Source: an uncultured Alistipes sp.
GTDB taxonomy: Bacteria; Bacteroidota; Bacteroidia; Bacteroidales; Rikenellaceae
NCBI GenBank assembly: GCA_900769525.1
Contig: CAAGGY010000157.1
Location: forward strand, 1-37,504
Length of the DNA: 37,504 nucleotides
Reading direction: 5' to 3'
Shown: positions 20,487 through 31,255 of the stretch, one piece after another
Layout of the letters: each line of letters starts with the position of its first letter
How positions within the stretch are numbered: the stretch's first letter is position 1
Program-made: the position numbers and the translations under genes
The notes under the pieces: generated by a model
What the model saw: the letters and a program-made list of their open reading frames with translations, nothing else
Databases searched by the model: none
Told to the model about the DNA's origin: nothing

Positions 20487-23357
20487 TTAGTACATGTAGT
20501 CGTACTGCGAATAACTCTTATCATACTTCAAGTCGGCGAGCGACGCTGCCTTAACACCGATGTTGAATGCCCAGCTCTTATGAGCTCCGAAGGGCACCCA
20601 GGTAAACGACATCTGCCAACAGTGGAGGTCACGGGCAATAGATATCGAGGTCATTGACATCTTGAGTGTTGTGAAGTCGAAGCCCGACGTGGCCGTGATC
20701 ATCCACTTATCCGTGAGCTTGACGCTACCATTGAAGTTGATGGTCTGCGTAATCTTCTTGTTATATCCCGTCGTTCCGTTGTTTGTTAGCTGTGCCTGGT
20801 AGTTGAAGCTATAGTTGAAACCGAAGTTCCACGGGATTGAGAAGTCGTAGTACTGGCCCGCCATCCATTGTCGTCGCATCGCAGGGTTGAGCTGACCATA
20901 AGGGTCGGACCACGAGTTGAAGTACTCTGGAGGCAGTGAGGTGATATCGTTGGCTGCCACCTGGTTCTTATTCTCACGTGAGCGGAAGGTGTAACCGAAG
21001 CTCCAGCTTACGTTCTGAACACGTCCAGGCAAGCCTCGAGCCCACATAAGTTTATTATAGCGCACACCCTGTGGCGAAACCTCATAAGGGTCGAGTGTCA
21101 TCGAGACGTTGAGTGCCACGTTCTGATAGATTGTCGTACGCAACTGGATAGGGAGTGCCGAGAGGCCCATAGAGTCGGCCAAGAAGTTATACGAACCGCT
21201 GATAGATATCTGGTCGATAATCTTGACCTTCTTGACAGTATCCTTAGTACGAATCTTAGCCTCCAACGACTGCGATAGGCCAAAGGTAAGTGAAGCCTGC
21301 TGGCCCGAGCCAGGAACACCATAGGCGTTATCGCTAAATGGAGAGTAGACCTTGAACTTACCCGTTGTATCGGTCTGCACAGTCTCGTAGAAGCCATACT
21401 TCTGGCGACTGAAGTCTGGGGCGTACGAGAATCCGATGTTAGGCGTTAGCGTGTGGCGCACGGCCTGCAACTTACGCTCCTTCTTCTTAGCCACGTAGGT
21501 ACCATAGATTGTGGTGTTGGCCGAGATTGAGGCGTTATAGTTGTAGATACGCCAGAAGCCATACTCTGGGGTGAGAGTCTCCACCTGGTGAGTCTCCTCG
21601 TTCCACTTTTGGCTCACCTTCTTGAAGTACCAGCGCTCGGTGTAGTTGAACGATGGGCTGATGTTGATGTAGTTAAAGAGCGTGAGCGATGTAGATACTG
21701 GTATTGTATGCTGAATACCGTTCTTCATCTTCATGAGCGTCTCCTTGGTGAATATCTCGTTCTCCTTGGTGTTTACGGTGTTAGTAATCTTCATCGAGTA
21801 GCTCATCTTGATCTTCTCATACCAGCGTGTCTTACCCACAGCCTCACGACGCTTCAGAGGGTTGAAGCTCGCCACATTAAAGGCGATGGTAGGGAGTGTC
21901 ATCGAGATGGTCTTATCGCGTGAGTTCTGCGACACGGCGAGGTTGAGTGAGAGCGAGAATGGCGTACCCTCCCAACTCTTAGAGTATGAGATTGAGGAGT
22001 TGGTCTGCGTTGCCAAGATGTCGTTCAGGTTAGTTGCCGAGTAGCGGCTATAACCACTTGAAGTGAAGTTTACCGACGCCGAGAATGTAGATCCAGGGTT
22101 GGCCTTAGGATCCTGCGAGTGCTGCCACTGAATCTTGTAGTTGTTCTGGTTTACATAGTCGGGCTCGCCAACCTCACCCGAACGTATTGACGAGTACTGA
22201 AGGTCGAAGTTACCCTTAAATTTGTAGCGCTTGACATACTGCGAGCGTGCCGACACCTCCCACGAACCGAGGGTATAGATACCACCACGCAGTGCGAGGT
22301 CCATGTGCTCACCAATCTTGAAGTAGTAACCGAGGTCACGGATGAAGAAGCCCTTCTTATCCTCACCGTATGTCGGCATCAGAAGTCCCGACTTAGGGCC
22401 TGTCTGCACAGGGAAGAAGCCCTCAGGGATACCTGGGAAGTAGATAGGCACATCCTCCATTACAAGGTAGGCATAACCCGTTACAACCTTCTTGCCAGGG
22501 ATAACCTTTGCCTGTGTCATCGCCAAGTAGAAGTGTGGGTGGTCAGTACAATCGCAAGTGGTGTACATACCGTGGCCGATGTGAATCGAGCCGTCGGGCT
22601 GCATCTTAACCTTGCTACCCACGAGCCAACCATCACCCTCCTGAGTTGCAATACCCTTGACAACAGCCTTCTTTGAGTCGAGGTTGTAGGTGATTGTATC
22701 CATTGAGTATGGCGAGCCACCATCCGAGAACTCAGGGTGAGTTGTTGTTAGCTTGCCATCGACGCTATCGGCAAAACCGTGGGCAAAGACATCCTTCGAC
22801 TCCATGTTAACACGCATAAAGTCGGCCTTGAGGTTCATACCCTGGTACGACACATCACCCTCCTTATAGCTGTAAATCATCTTGTTGCGTGCATCAAAGA
22901 CAACCGAGTCGACAGCCTTACCATTGATGATATCATCGAGCTGCATACCCTTAGACTTGCGCTTTGTGCTGTCTGGTGTTGGCTGTACCGAAGGCTGCGA
23001 TTCAGGCAAGTTAGTAGAGTCGAGTGCCGCCTGCTCAGTAGAGTCGAGCACAGGGCGCACTGACGAGTCGAGTGCAGGTCGTGACGCTGGCTCAGCTACT
23101 CTTCGCTGCTCAGATGTTGCTCTTTGCGACTGTGTGCGACGTGGTGCGGTACTACGCTCGAGAGGTTTCTGCTCGGTTGCTGACGACACCTGGCGCTGCT
23201 CACTCTTGGTGTTTGACTCTCTGCGCAACGGGATGGTATCTTGACTTTGGAGCCACTGCACACCCCTTGCACCTACCCCCGTAAGTGAGGAGATAAGCGC
23301 CATTAATACTGCAACAAGCAGTAGCGACATTAGATATTTTACGAAAAATTGCCTCAA
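20487..23357 (-). CDS. lptD: Putative LPS assembly protein LptD (Bacteroidota type)
   Basis: YTTCD...HPHFY, HSQDPKANP, RDLHCWQMSF, LADLKYDK; divergent from amidase-mlaD. TTG start uncertain. Confidence 0.85.
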   Translation of the reverse strand: MRQFFVKYLMSLLLVAVLMALISSLTGVGARGVQWLQSQDTIPLRRESNTKSEQRQVSSATEQKPLERSTAPRRTQSQRATSEQRRVAEPASRPALDSSVRPVLDSTEQAALDSTNLPESQPSVQPTPDSTKRKSKGMQLDDIINGKAVDSVVFDARNKMIYSYKEGDVSYQGMNLKADFMRVNMESKDVFAHGFADSVDGKLTTTHPEFSDGGSPYSMDTITYNLDSKKAVVKGIATQEGDGWLVGSKVKMQPDGSIHIGHGMYTTCDCTDHPHFYLAMTQAKVIPGKKVVTGYAYLVMEDVPIYFPGIPEGFFPVQTGPKSGLLMPTYGEDKKGFFIRDLGYYFKIGEHMDLALRGGIYTLGSWEVSARSQYVKRYKFKGNFDLQYSSIRSGEVGEPDYVNQNNYKIQWQHSQDPKANPGSTFSASVNFTSSGYSRYSATNLNDILATQTNSSISYSKSWEGTPFSLSLNLAVSQNSRDKTISMTLPTIAFNVASFNPLKRREAVGKTRWYEKIKMSYSMKITNTVNTKENEIFTKETLMKMKNGIQHTIPVSTSLTLFNYINISPSFNYTERWYFKKVSQKWNEETHQVETLTPEYGFWRIYNYNASISANTTIYGTYVAKKKERKLQAVRHTLTPNIGFSYAPDFSRQKYGFYETVQTDTTGKFKVYSPFSDNAYGVPGSGQQASLTFGLSQSLEAKIRTKDTVKKVKIIDQISISGSYNFLADSMGLSALPIQLRTTIYQNVALNVSMTLDPYEVSPQGVRYNKLMWARGLPGRVQNVSWSFGYTFRSRENKNQVAANDITSLPPEYFNSWSDPYGQLNPAMRRQWMAGQYYDFSIPWNFGFNYSFNYQAQLTNNGTTGYNKKITQTINFNGSVKLTDKWMITATSGFDFTTLKMSMTSISIARDLHCWQMSFTWVPFGAHKSWAFNIGVKAASLADLKYDKSYSQYDYMY

Positions 23358-23374
23358 AATTCAATATTTTTTTG

Positions 23375-23506
23375 TACCTTTGCCGACAAGTCGGCAAAAC
23401 ACCACAACAAGAGCACTATTGCCCATTGTTTTACCCTCACACCTTTAGGTGATGAAGGTTTTATAATCGGCAAAGATAGCATTTTTTTGCCAAAAACTTA
23501 ACTTTG
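23375..23506. promoter_or_regulatory. Divergent promoter region: TACCTTTG (+, 23375-23382), TATCTTTG (-, 23471-23478), TAACTTTG (+, 23499-23506)
   Basis: Three TAnnTTTG matches between lptD and the amidase gene. Confidence 0.55.
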
Positions 23507-23519
23507 ATAATATAATTTT

Positions 23520-24611
23520 ATGCGAAAATTTACACTCTTGCTCTGCACTCTGTTGCTCGCCGCTGTGAGCACCAACGCACGAGGAGGCCAATTTGTTGCC
23601 TCGTCGGAGCCAAGAGTTGTAGTTATCGACGCAGGCCACGGTGGCAGCACTCGCCCAGGTGCGGTGGTGGGCAACATAATGGAGAAGGACCTCAACCTTG
23701 CCGTATCGCTCCTTGTTAGGGATATGCTCAAAAAGCAGCTCCCCGAACTTGAGGTACACCTCACACGCTCGACCGACACACAGCTGCACTCGAGCAAGGA
23801 GTCGGACAACCTTCAGCGTCCACGCCTGGCAAATAGCAAGGAGGCCGACCTCTTTGTCTCAATCCATGCCAACGCCTTAGACAACAAGGATGTAGCTGGA
23901 GCGGAGGTCATCATTCTCTCGCTCGATGGCGCCACTCAGGGCCACACGCAGAAGCGCACAACGGCTCGTGACAACGAGGACTACACGCATATCGACAACA
24001 TCGACAAGAACTCGTTGGCCTACATCGAGGCTATCTCGATGCTTATGAACAACGACCCGTTCAACCGCACATTTGGCGAGATTTTGGGTAATAAGTTCCG
24101 TTCTATTGGCCGCAAGTTCCGAGGTGTGAAGGTCTACCCCGAGAAGGTGTGGACTGTGCTCTACCCTCTTCGCAGTCCCGGTGTGATTGTCGAGATGGGC
24201 TTTATGACCAACTCCGCAGAGTTGAAATATATCGCTTCGGACGAAGGTCAGCGCCAGATTGCCAAGGCCATAACCGATGGTATTGTCGAGTACTTGCAGC
24301 GCCTTGAGCAGATGACCATATCGGAGTCGGTGACAAGCACACCAGTCGAGCAGACAAACCAAAGTCCGACGCTCAACGAGGGCTACACCATTCAGCTAAT
24401 GGCCTCAGCCTCACAGCTTAGCATCACCGAATCACGCTTTGGCACACTAAGCCAGGCTGTGTCAGAGTTTATAGGAAAGGGGAGTTACAAATATAAGTAT
24501 TGCCATGGCCGTTATGCAACACTTGCTGAGGCAAAGGCCGAGTTGAGCAAGGTGCAGGCAACATTTGCCGATGCCTATATTGTGCAGTTTGTAGGTCAAA
24601 ACCTAAAATAG
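23520..24611 (+). CDS. N-acetylmuramoyl-L-alanine amidase (Amidase_3) with C-terminal SPOR-like domain
   Basis: IDAGHGG, EKDLNL, SIHAN, VEMGF; signal peptide. Confidence 0.92.
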   Translation: MRKFTLLLCTLLLAAVSTNARGGQFVASSEPRVVVIDAGHGGSTRPGAVVGNIMEKDLNLAVSLLVRDMLKKQLPELEVHLTRSTDTQLHSSKESDNLQRPRLANSKEADLFVSIHANALDNKDVAGAEVIILSLDGATQGHTQKRTTARDNEDYTHIDNIDKNSLAYIEAISMLMNNDPFNRTFGEILGNKFRSIGRKFRGVKVYPEKVWTVLYPLRSPGVIVEMGFMTNSAELKYIASDEGQRQIAKAITDGIVEYLQRLEQMTISESVTSTPVEQTNQSPTLNEGYTIQLMASASQLSITESRFGTLSQAVSEFIGKGSYKYKYCHGRYATLAEAKAELSKVQATFADAYIVQFVGQNLK

Positions 24612-24655
24612 AGTAACAAAGCAACTAAGTTAGGATAACTAAAAAAGTAAGAAAT

Positions 24656-25627
24656 ATGAAGATTCGTAGAGAGTTTAAAATTGGAATTTTTGCTGTCATC
24701 ACCATTTTAGCATCGTGGTGGGGCATTAAGTGGTTGGGCGGACAAAACCTTCTGCTCTCAAGCAGCAACTACTACGCCTATTATGACGACGTGAGTGGCC
24801 TTATTCCATCATCACGTGTCAAGCTTCGTGGCGTAGAGATTGGTAATGTTCAGGAGATTGAGCTCGAGACCAACAAGGTGCGTGTCGAGATGCTCATCGA
24901 GGATAAGTATGCTGCAATGATTCCAGCAAACTCATTGGCCGAGATTCGCTCTGCAGGCCTTATGGGTGGCACAGAGATTAACATCATCCAGGGCGACTCC
25001 AAGGAGCTTATCGTTGCCGATTGCACCATCAAGGGCGTTGTCAAGCCAGATATGATTGGCGCTATGGGCGATAAGGCAACAGTGCTCCTCGACAACCTCA
25101 ACACCACGGTGGACAGCGTAAACTCACTGCTTAGCACTAATAGCGGCGCTATCACAGAGCTTATCAGCAACCTCGAGGCGATGTCTAATTCAGTTAACGC
25201 AATTTTGGCTTCGGCAAAGGGTAGCCTTAATGGCACGTTGAACAACCTCAACACCTTCACCGACACCTTGGCTGAGAATGCTGGTCGCATCGAGCATATG
25301 CTCACAAGTCTCGACACATTTGCTGGTGACTTGGCTGAGGCTCAGGTAGTTTCACAGCTCAAGAACACTCTTGGCGACCTCAATGCAATACTCAAGACTA
25401 TCAACGAGGGTGACGGCACCGCAGGTATGCTTATCAACGATAAGGGCCTCTACGACTCACTCAACGAGGCTGGCGACAACCTTGCAGCACTGCTCGAGGA
25501 TCTCAAGGCCAACCCAATGCGCTATGTTCACTTCTCGCTCTTCGGTCAGTCGGAGGAGAAGGCTGCCGAGCGTGCAGCTAAGAAGGCTGAGCGTGAGAAG
25601 CGTCGTGCAGAGAAGTCAAAGAAGTAG
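24656..25627 (+). CDS. MlaD/MCE family protein
   Basis: REFKIG N-terminal TM, GL..SSRVKLRGVEIGNV, helical region, DLKANPMRYVHFSLFG. Confidence 0.9.
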   Translation: MKIRREFKIGIFAVITILASWWGIKWLGGQNLLLSSSNYYAYYDDVSGLIPSSRVKLRGVEIGNVQEIELETNKVRVEMLIEDKYAAMIPANSLAEIRSAGLMGGTEINIIQGDSKELIVADCTIKGVVKPDMIGAMGDKATVLLDNLNTTVDSVNSLLSTNSGAITELISNLEAMSNSVNAILASAKGSLNGTLNNLNTFTDTLAENAGRIEHMLTSLDTFAGDLAEAQVVSQLKNTLGDLNAILKTINEGDGTAGMLINDKGLYDSLNEAGDNLAALLEDLKANPMRYVHFSLFGQSEEKAAERAAKKAEREKRRAEKSKK

Positions 25628-25644
25628 TAACGCTATATTGAGCG

Positions 25645-28134
25645 ATGATTTACCCTGCTAATTTTGAGAGCCGTGTAGGCTTTGACCGCATACGTGAGCA
25701 GATCGTCTTGGCTTGCTCTATGCAGTCGTCACGCCAACGTATTGCCCAGGAGAGTTTCTGCACCTCACGCCGTGAGGTAGAGCAGCGACTCGAACTTGCT
25801 GACCAGATGCGTCAGGTGATAATGATGGAGTCTGGTGGCGAGATTGGTGAGCAGGAGGATATCGCCGAGATTATTGATAAGGTTGCCGTCGAGGGCTCCT
25901 ACCTCACCGCCGAGGAGTGTGCCACGCTTTGGCGCTCGTTGCGTGCAGCATCGTCAATTATCGGCTTCATACTCTCACGTCGTCCAGAGAGCTACCCCGC
26001 TCTTCGCCGCATTACGGAGCGTGTCGAGGCTCTACCACACCTGCAGAGTGCTATCGAGCGTGTAGTTGACGACAAGGGCGAGGTGCGCTCATCTGCATCG
26101 CCCGAGCTTGCCGACATCCGCCGCATGATTCGTGACCACGAGGGACAGGTTGCCAAGCGCCTGCAGCAGGTGTTGCAGCGTGCTAAGGCTTCGGGCATTG
26201 TCGAGGCCGATGCGATGATATCTATCCGTGATGGCCACGCAGTGATTCCCGTCACGGCGGCAAACAAGCGCAAGATTGCTGGTTTCATCCACGACGAGTC
26301 GGCCACAGGACGTACCGCCTACATCGAGCCAGTGGAGGTGGTAGAGCTTAACAACGAGCTTCGTGAGTTGGAGTATGCCGAGCGCCGTGAGATTGTTCGC
26401 ATCCTCACCGAACTTACAGCACTACTACGCCTCGATGTCGATGGTCTTCGCCGCATCGAGGAGTACCTCACAACAATAGATGTGCTTCGTGCTAAGGCTC
26501 GCTGGGCTATCGACAACAACGCCGTGCGCCCAATTATCTCGACCGACGGACGCCTTGTGCTTCGCAAGGCACGCCACCCACTCCTGCAGCAGACACTACG
26601 TCAGCAGCAGCGTGAGATAGTGCCTTTGGACATGGAGCTTGACACCGAGCGTCGCATCTTGGTGATTTCAGGTCCTAATGCTGGTGGTAAGTCGGTATGT
26701 CTTAAGACCACTGGAATATTACAATATATGGTGCAGTGTGGCTTCTTGGTTCCTGCGCTTGAGAACTCCGAGTTCCCAATATTTGAGTCGCTACTCATCG
26801 ACATTGGTGACCAGCAGTCTATCGAGAACGACCTCTCGACCTACTCGTCGCACCTCATGAATATGAAGGCCATGTTGCAGGAGGCCTCGGAGCGTACGCT
26901 GATTCTTATTGATGAGTTTGGCTCAGGAACAGAGCCTACGATTGGTGGAGCTATCTCTGAGGCCATCCTCGAGCGACTTGTCGAGCGTAAGGCCTACGGC
27001 GTTATCACTACGCACTATGCCAACATCAAGTACTTCGCCTCACGCCACGATGGTGTGGCAAATGGAGCGATGGCCTTTGATGTGAAGAACATACGCCCTC
27101 TGTTTAGCCTCGAGATGGGTAAGCCTGGTAGCTCATTTGCTATCGAGATTGCCCGCAAGACAGGACTCCCGGAGGATATCATTCGCAACGCCACGGAGAA
27201 GGCTGGCGAGGACCATATCAACCTCGAGAAGCAGCTTCGTGAAATTGCTCGTGACAAGCGCTACTGGGCCGAGAAGCGTGACCGCATACGCCTTACCGAC
27301 CGCAAGGTCGAGCAGTTGGAGCAGACCTACACCGACCGTCTGCAGAGCATCAAAGATGAGCGTCGTGAGATTATCGAGAAGGCACGTCGTGAGGCTGCCG
27401 AGCTTATTGCCGAGGCTAACCGCACGATTGAGAATACTATTCGTACCATCCGTGAGACACAGGCCGAGAAGGAGATTACCCGCACCGTGCGTAAGGAGCT
27501 CACAACATTTGCCGACGAGGTAAAGTTTGACCAGAAGGCCCACGAGGATCGTCTCGAGCAGGAGATGCAGCGCTTAGCACGTCGTCGTGAGCGCCGTGAG
27601 CAGCGAGCACGTGAGCGTGAGGAGCGTATCGAGGCACAGCGACCAGCGGAGCCAGCACCACTCAAGATTGAGGTTGGCTCGAAGGTGCGCATCGAGGGAC
27701 AGGAGATTCCTGGCGTGGTGCAGATGCTCAAGGGCAAGAAGGCACAGGTGGCATTTGGCCAGATGATTATGATGGTCGAGCTAAGTCGCCTCAAGGCAGT
27801 ATCCTCAGCCGAGTTTAAGCGTGCCACACGCCCAGAGAGTGCACGTACCGTCGTGTCGGTCGATATTCGTGAGCGCAAGCTCAACTTCAAGGATAATATC
27901 GACGTGCGAGGTATGCGTGCCGTCGAGGCCTTAGCAGCTGTCGAGGACCTTGTGGATGACGCACTCATGGTGGGTGTGTCGAGTGTGACAATCCTTCACG
28001 GCAAGGGCACAGGAGCCCTCAAGGAGGAGATTCGCCGCTATCTGCGCACCGTGCCTAACGTCTCGAAGATAGCTGACGACCACGCCGACCGTGGTGGTGC
28101 AGGCATTACTATTGTGACATTTGTACAAGATTAA
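25645..28134 (+). CDS. mutS2: Endonuclease MutS2 with Smr domain
   Basis: GPNAGGKS, LSTYSSHL, DEFGSGTEP, TTHY, C-terminal IDVRG...LHGKGTG. Confidence 0.95.
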   Translation: MIYPANFESRVGFDRIREQIVLACSMQSSRQRIAQESFCTSRREVEQRLELADQMRQVIMMESGGEIGEQEDIAEIIDKVAVEGSYLTAEECATLWRSLRAASSIIGFILSRRPESYPALRRITERVEALPHLQSAIERVVDDKGEVRSSASPELADIRRMIRDHEGQVAKRLQQVLQRAKASGIVEADAMISIRDGHAVIPVTAANKRKIAGFIHDESATGRTAYIEPVEVVELNNELRELEYAERREIVRILTELTALLRLDVDGLRRIEEYLTTIDVLRAKARWAIDNNAVRPIISTDGRLVLRKARHPLLQQTLRQQQREIVPLDMELDTERRILVISGPNAGGKSVCLKTTGILQYMVQCGFLVPALENSEFPIFESLLIDIGDQQSIENDLSTYSSHLMNMKAMLQEASERTLILIDEFGSGTEPTIGGAISEAILERLVERKAYGVITTHYANIKYFASRHDGVANGAMAFDVKNIRPLFSLEMGKPGSSFAIEIARKTGLPEDIIRNATEKAGEDHINLEKQLREIARDKRYWAEKRDRIRLTDRKVEQLEQTYTDRLQSIKDERREIIEKARREAAELIAEANRTIENTIRTIRETQAEKEITRTVRKELTTFADEVKFDQKAHEDRLEQEMQRLARRRERREQRAREREERIEAQRPAEPAPLKIEVGSKVRIEGQEIPGVVQMLKGKKAQVAFGQMIMMVELSRLKAVSSAEFKRATRPESARTVVSVDIRERKLNFKDNIDVRGMRAVEALAAVEDLVDDALMVGVSSVTILHGKGTGALKEEIRRYLRTVPNVSKIADDHADRGGAGITIVTFVQD

Positions 28135-28139
28135 TATAG

Positions 28140-30500
28140 ATGAACTACCTACTCTCCGAAATAGCCCAAATTGTGGGTGGCAAGCTTCATGGTAGCGACC
28201 TTCGTGTTCGAGAGGTTGCCACCGACTCACGCAGTATAGCTGCATCAGAGCAGACTCTCTTTGCCGCCATCAACGGCAAGCACCACGATGGCCACAACTA
28301 CATAGAACGCATGGCCAAGCGTGGCGTGAGGGCATTTATCGTAGAGCGTCTTGTGGCGTTGGACAAGGAGTGCTCGTTCATTGTCGTGGACTCGACAATT
28401 GCAGCACTTCAGGCACTTGCAACCTACCACCGCTCGCAGTTCAATGGCACGGTTGTGGGTATCACAGGTTCGAACGGCAAGACCATAGTCAAGGAGTGGG
28501 CAGCACGCTCAATGCCAAGCACCGTGCGCTCGTTTGCCTCGCCCAAGAGCTACAACTCACAACTCGGCGTGGCACTCTCGCTACTCATGCTCGAGGGCCA
28601 GGAGCAGGTGGCATTCATCGAGGCCGGCATATCGGAGGCTGGAGAGATGGAGCGTCTTGAGCGCATGATACGCCCTGATATAGTGGTATTCACCTCAATT
28701 GGCGATGCTCACTCGGCAAACTTTAAAAGCCTCGAGGCAAAGATTGATGAAAAGCTACATCTGGCAACCAATGCCAAGACAATAATATATAGTAAGGAGT
28801 ACCGCACGCTTAGTCAAAAGATTCAGAGCATTTACTCCGACCGTGAGTTGATTGACAGTAGCTCAGAGTCGTTCGACGACATCCTTGAGCTAAACGACGC
28901 TTTGGCTGTCGACGCCTGTCATGTTGCAGCACTTATGCGTAAGCTCGGCTATGGTGTCGATGGAGCTGTCTTCTCGGCAAATGTCGCCATGCGCCTCGAA
29001 CTTAAAGAGGGTATCGACAACTCGATGATTATCGACGACACCTACAACTCCGACATCAACTCTGTGATTGTGGCCCTCGACGCCCTACACCGCCAGGCTA
29101 TGGGACGCCGCAAGGTTGCTGTAATCTCGGATATCTTGCAGAGTGGCATGGCCTCAGAGCAGCTCTACCGCCGTGTGGCAGAGGCTGTGCGTAGTGCTGG
29201 TGTCGACCATCTTATTGGCGTGGGCGAGATGATTGCCAAGCATAGCAGCCTTTTCGACTACAACTCATCGTTCTACTACACCACCGACGAGCTTATCGAG
29301 AACTTTGGTCGTGAGCGCTGGGCCGACTCGGTAATACTTGTCAAGGGTAGCCGAGATAGCCGTTTCGAGCGCCTCACACGCCTATTAGAGCGCAGAACAC
29401 ACACGACAACACTGGAGGTGGACCTTGCAGCGATGAAGAAGAACCTCAACTACTTCCGCCGACATCTACCTCACCAGCATCCCGTCATTGCTATGGTCAA
29501 GGCGTGGAGCTATGGCACAGGCGATGTGGATGTTGCTCGTATGTTGCAGCACGAGGGTGTATCGTACCTTGCCGTTGCCTTTGCCGACGAGGGTATCACG
29601 CTGCGCTCAAAGGGTATCACAATGCCTATTGTGGTGCTTAATGCCGACCACGACAGCTTCGACGTGATGGTATCGCACGACCTTGAGCCTGAGATATATA
29701 GCTTCGAGTCGCTCAACGAGTTCCGCCGTGCCGTGCATCGTGCATCACGAGAGCACTACCCTATCCACATCAAGCTCGACACGGGCATGCACCGCCTCGG
29801 CTTTGTCGAGGATGAGGTAGACCTGCTTGGTCGTGCTATCCACCTCGACACAACACTTCATATAGCCTCAATATTCTCGCACCTCTCGTGTGCCGATATC
29901 CCTGCCGAGGATGACTTCACACGTGAGCAACTCGAGAGATTCGAGTATATGAGTTCACAACTTATCGAGTGGCTCGACTACAAGCCGCTTCGACACATTG
30001 CCAACTCGGCAGCCATCGTACGCTTTACTGAGGCTCAATACGATATGTGTCGCCTCGGTCTTGGACTCTACGGCTACGGCTTTGAGCACAACGAGGAGCT
30101 TATCCCCGTGGCTACGCTCTCAACACGCATCGTGCAGATTAAGCAACTGCGCAAGGGTGAGTCGGTGGGCTATGGTCGCTCAGCACGTCTTGAGCGAGAC
30201 ACCGTGACAGCAACTATCCCTGTGGGCTATGCCGATGGCCTTGACCGCCACCTCGGCAACGGACGCTGGCAGGTGAGCGTGGCAGGTAAGCGAGCACCAA
30301 TCATCGGACGAGTATGTATGGATAGTGCGATGATAGATATAACTGATATCGAGGGCGTATCGGTAGGCGATAAGGTGACAATATTCTCGGCCGAGCGAGG
30401 ACTCACACTCGAGGATATGGCCGAGACACTTGGCACAATATCGTACGAGATTATGACCTCGATTTCGGCACGTGTAAAACGCATTTATACAGAGAGATAA
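28140..30500 (+). CDS. alr: Bifunctional MurF-like ligase / alanine racemase
   Basis: ITGSNGKT, SPKSYNSQLG; VKAWSYG (PLP lysine), KLDTGMHRLG, GYADG, GRVCMD. Confidence 0.93.
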   Translation: MNYLLSEIAQIVGGKLHGSDLRVREVATDSRSIAASEQTLFAAINGKHHDGHNYIERMAKRGVRAFIVERLVALDKECSFIVVDSTIAALQALATYHRSQFNGTVVGITGSNGKTIVKEWAARSMPSTVRSFASPKSYNSQLGVALSLLMLEGQEQVAFIEAGISEAGEMERLERMIRPDIVVFTSIGDAHSANFKSLEAKIDEKLHLATNAKTIIYSKEYRTLSQKIQSIYSDRELIDSSSESFDDILELNDALAVDACHVAALMRKLGYGVDGAVFSANVAMRLELKEGIDNSMIIDDTYNSDINSVIVALDALHRQAMGRRKVAVISDILQSGMASEQLYRRVAEAVRSAGVDHLIGVGEMIAKHSSLFDYNSSFYYTTDELIENFGRERWADSVILVKGSRDSRFERLTRLLERRTHTTTLEVDLAAMKKNLNYFRRHLPHQHPVIAMVKAWSYGTGDVDVARMLQHEGVSYLAVAFADEGITLRSKGITMPIVVLNADHDSFDVMVSHDLEPEIYSFESLNEFRRAVHRASREHYPIHIKLDTGMHRLGFVEDEVDLLGRAIHLDTTLHIASIFSHLSCADIPAEDDFTREQLERFEYMSSQLIEWLDYKPLRHIANSAAIVRFTEAQYDMCRLGLGLYGYGFEHNEELIPVATLSTRIVQIKQLRKGESVGYGRSARLERDTVTATIPVGYADGLDRHLGNGRWQVSVAGKRAPIIGRVCMDSAMIDITDIEGVSVGDKVTIFSAERGLTLEDMAETLGTISYEIMTSISARVKRIYTER

Positions 30501-31213
30501 TGGCTGGTACGATATATATGATTCCCTGCCCTATTGCCGACCACGAGTCGGTCTGGGAGGTTCTTCCAAGCTCAAACCTTGCAGTGATGAACTCGCTCGA
30601 CTACTTCATCGTCGAGAACACTCGCTCGGCACGTCGCTTCTTATCGAAGGCGGGTATCGAGCGCAAGATTGACGAGCTGGAGTTTGTCGAGCTCAACGAG
30701 CACACCACATCTGCACAAGATATCGAGCGTATGCTCCGTCCTGTGCTTGCTGGTCGCTCAGCGGGTGTCATCTCCGAGGCTGGAGTGCCAGGCGTTGCCG
30801 ACCCAGGTGCTGACATTGTGGCTCTTGCACACCGCCACGGCATAAGAGTGATACCTCTTGTTGGCCCATCGTCGATACTTATGGTTATGATGGCATCGGG
30901 ACAGAACGGACAGTCGTTCGCCTTTAATGGCTACATTCCCGTCAAGGAGCCAGAGCGTGGCAAGGCACTCAAGGCCCTGGAGCGCAGAGCTATGCAAGAG
31001 CGTCAGGCACAGATATTTATAGAAGCACCATATCGCAACGTCAAGCTCTTCGACACACTCCGCAGAACACTCTCAGCGAAGATGCGCCTTACGGTGGCAG
31101 CCGACATCACGGCAAAAGATGAGCTTATCGTAACACGCACTATCGAGGAGTGGCAGCGCAGCGAGGTGCCAAATATCGAGAAACGTCCAACAATTTTTGT
31201 ATTAGGCATATAA
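30500..31213 (+). CDS. SAM-dependent methyltransferase, RsmI/tetrapyrrole methylase-like
   Basis: VENTRSARRFL, LNEH, SEAGVPGVADPG, PLVGPSS, FIEAPYRN. Confidence 0.85.
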   Translation: MAGTIYMIPCPIADHESVWEVLPSSNLAVMNSLDYFIVENTRSARRFLSKAGIERKIDELEFVELNEHTTSAQDIERMLRPVLAGRSAGVISEAGVPGVADPGADIVALAHRHGIRVIPLVGPSSILMVMMASGQNGQSFAFNGYIPVKEPERGKALKALERRAMQERQAQIFIEAPYRNVKLFDTLRRTLSAKMRLTVAADITAKDELIVTRTIEEWQRSEVPNIEKRPTIFVLGI

Positions 31214-31218
31214 TTTGA
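31204..31218 (+). promoter_or_regulatory. sigma54-like element AGGCATATAATTTGA upstream of grpE
   Basis: Same GGCAY-N4-TTTG spacing as the dnaK element. Confidence 0.5.
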
Positions 31219-31255
31219 TTAATATATATCTGTAATGTTTAATATTCGCAGATTT

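Noticed and set aside
28140..30500. MurF-Alr fusion as a novelty
   Set aside because: Well known in Bacteroidota
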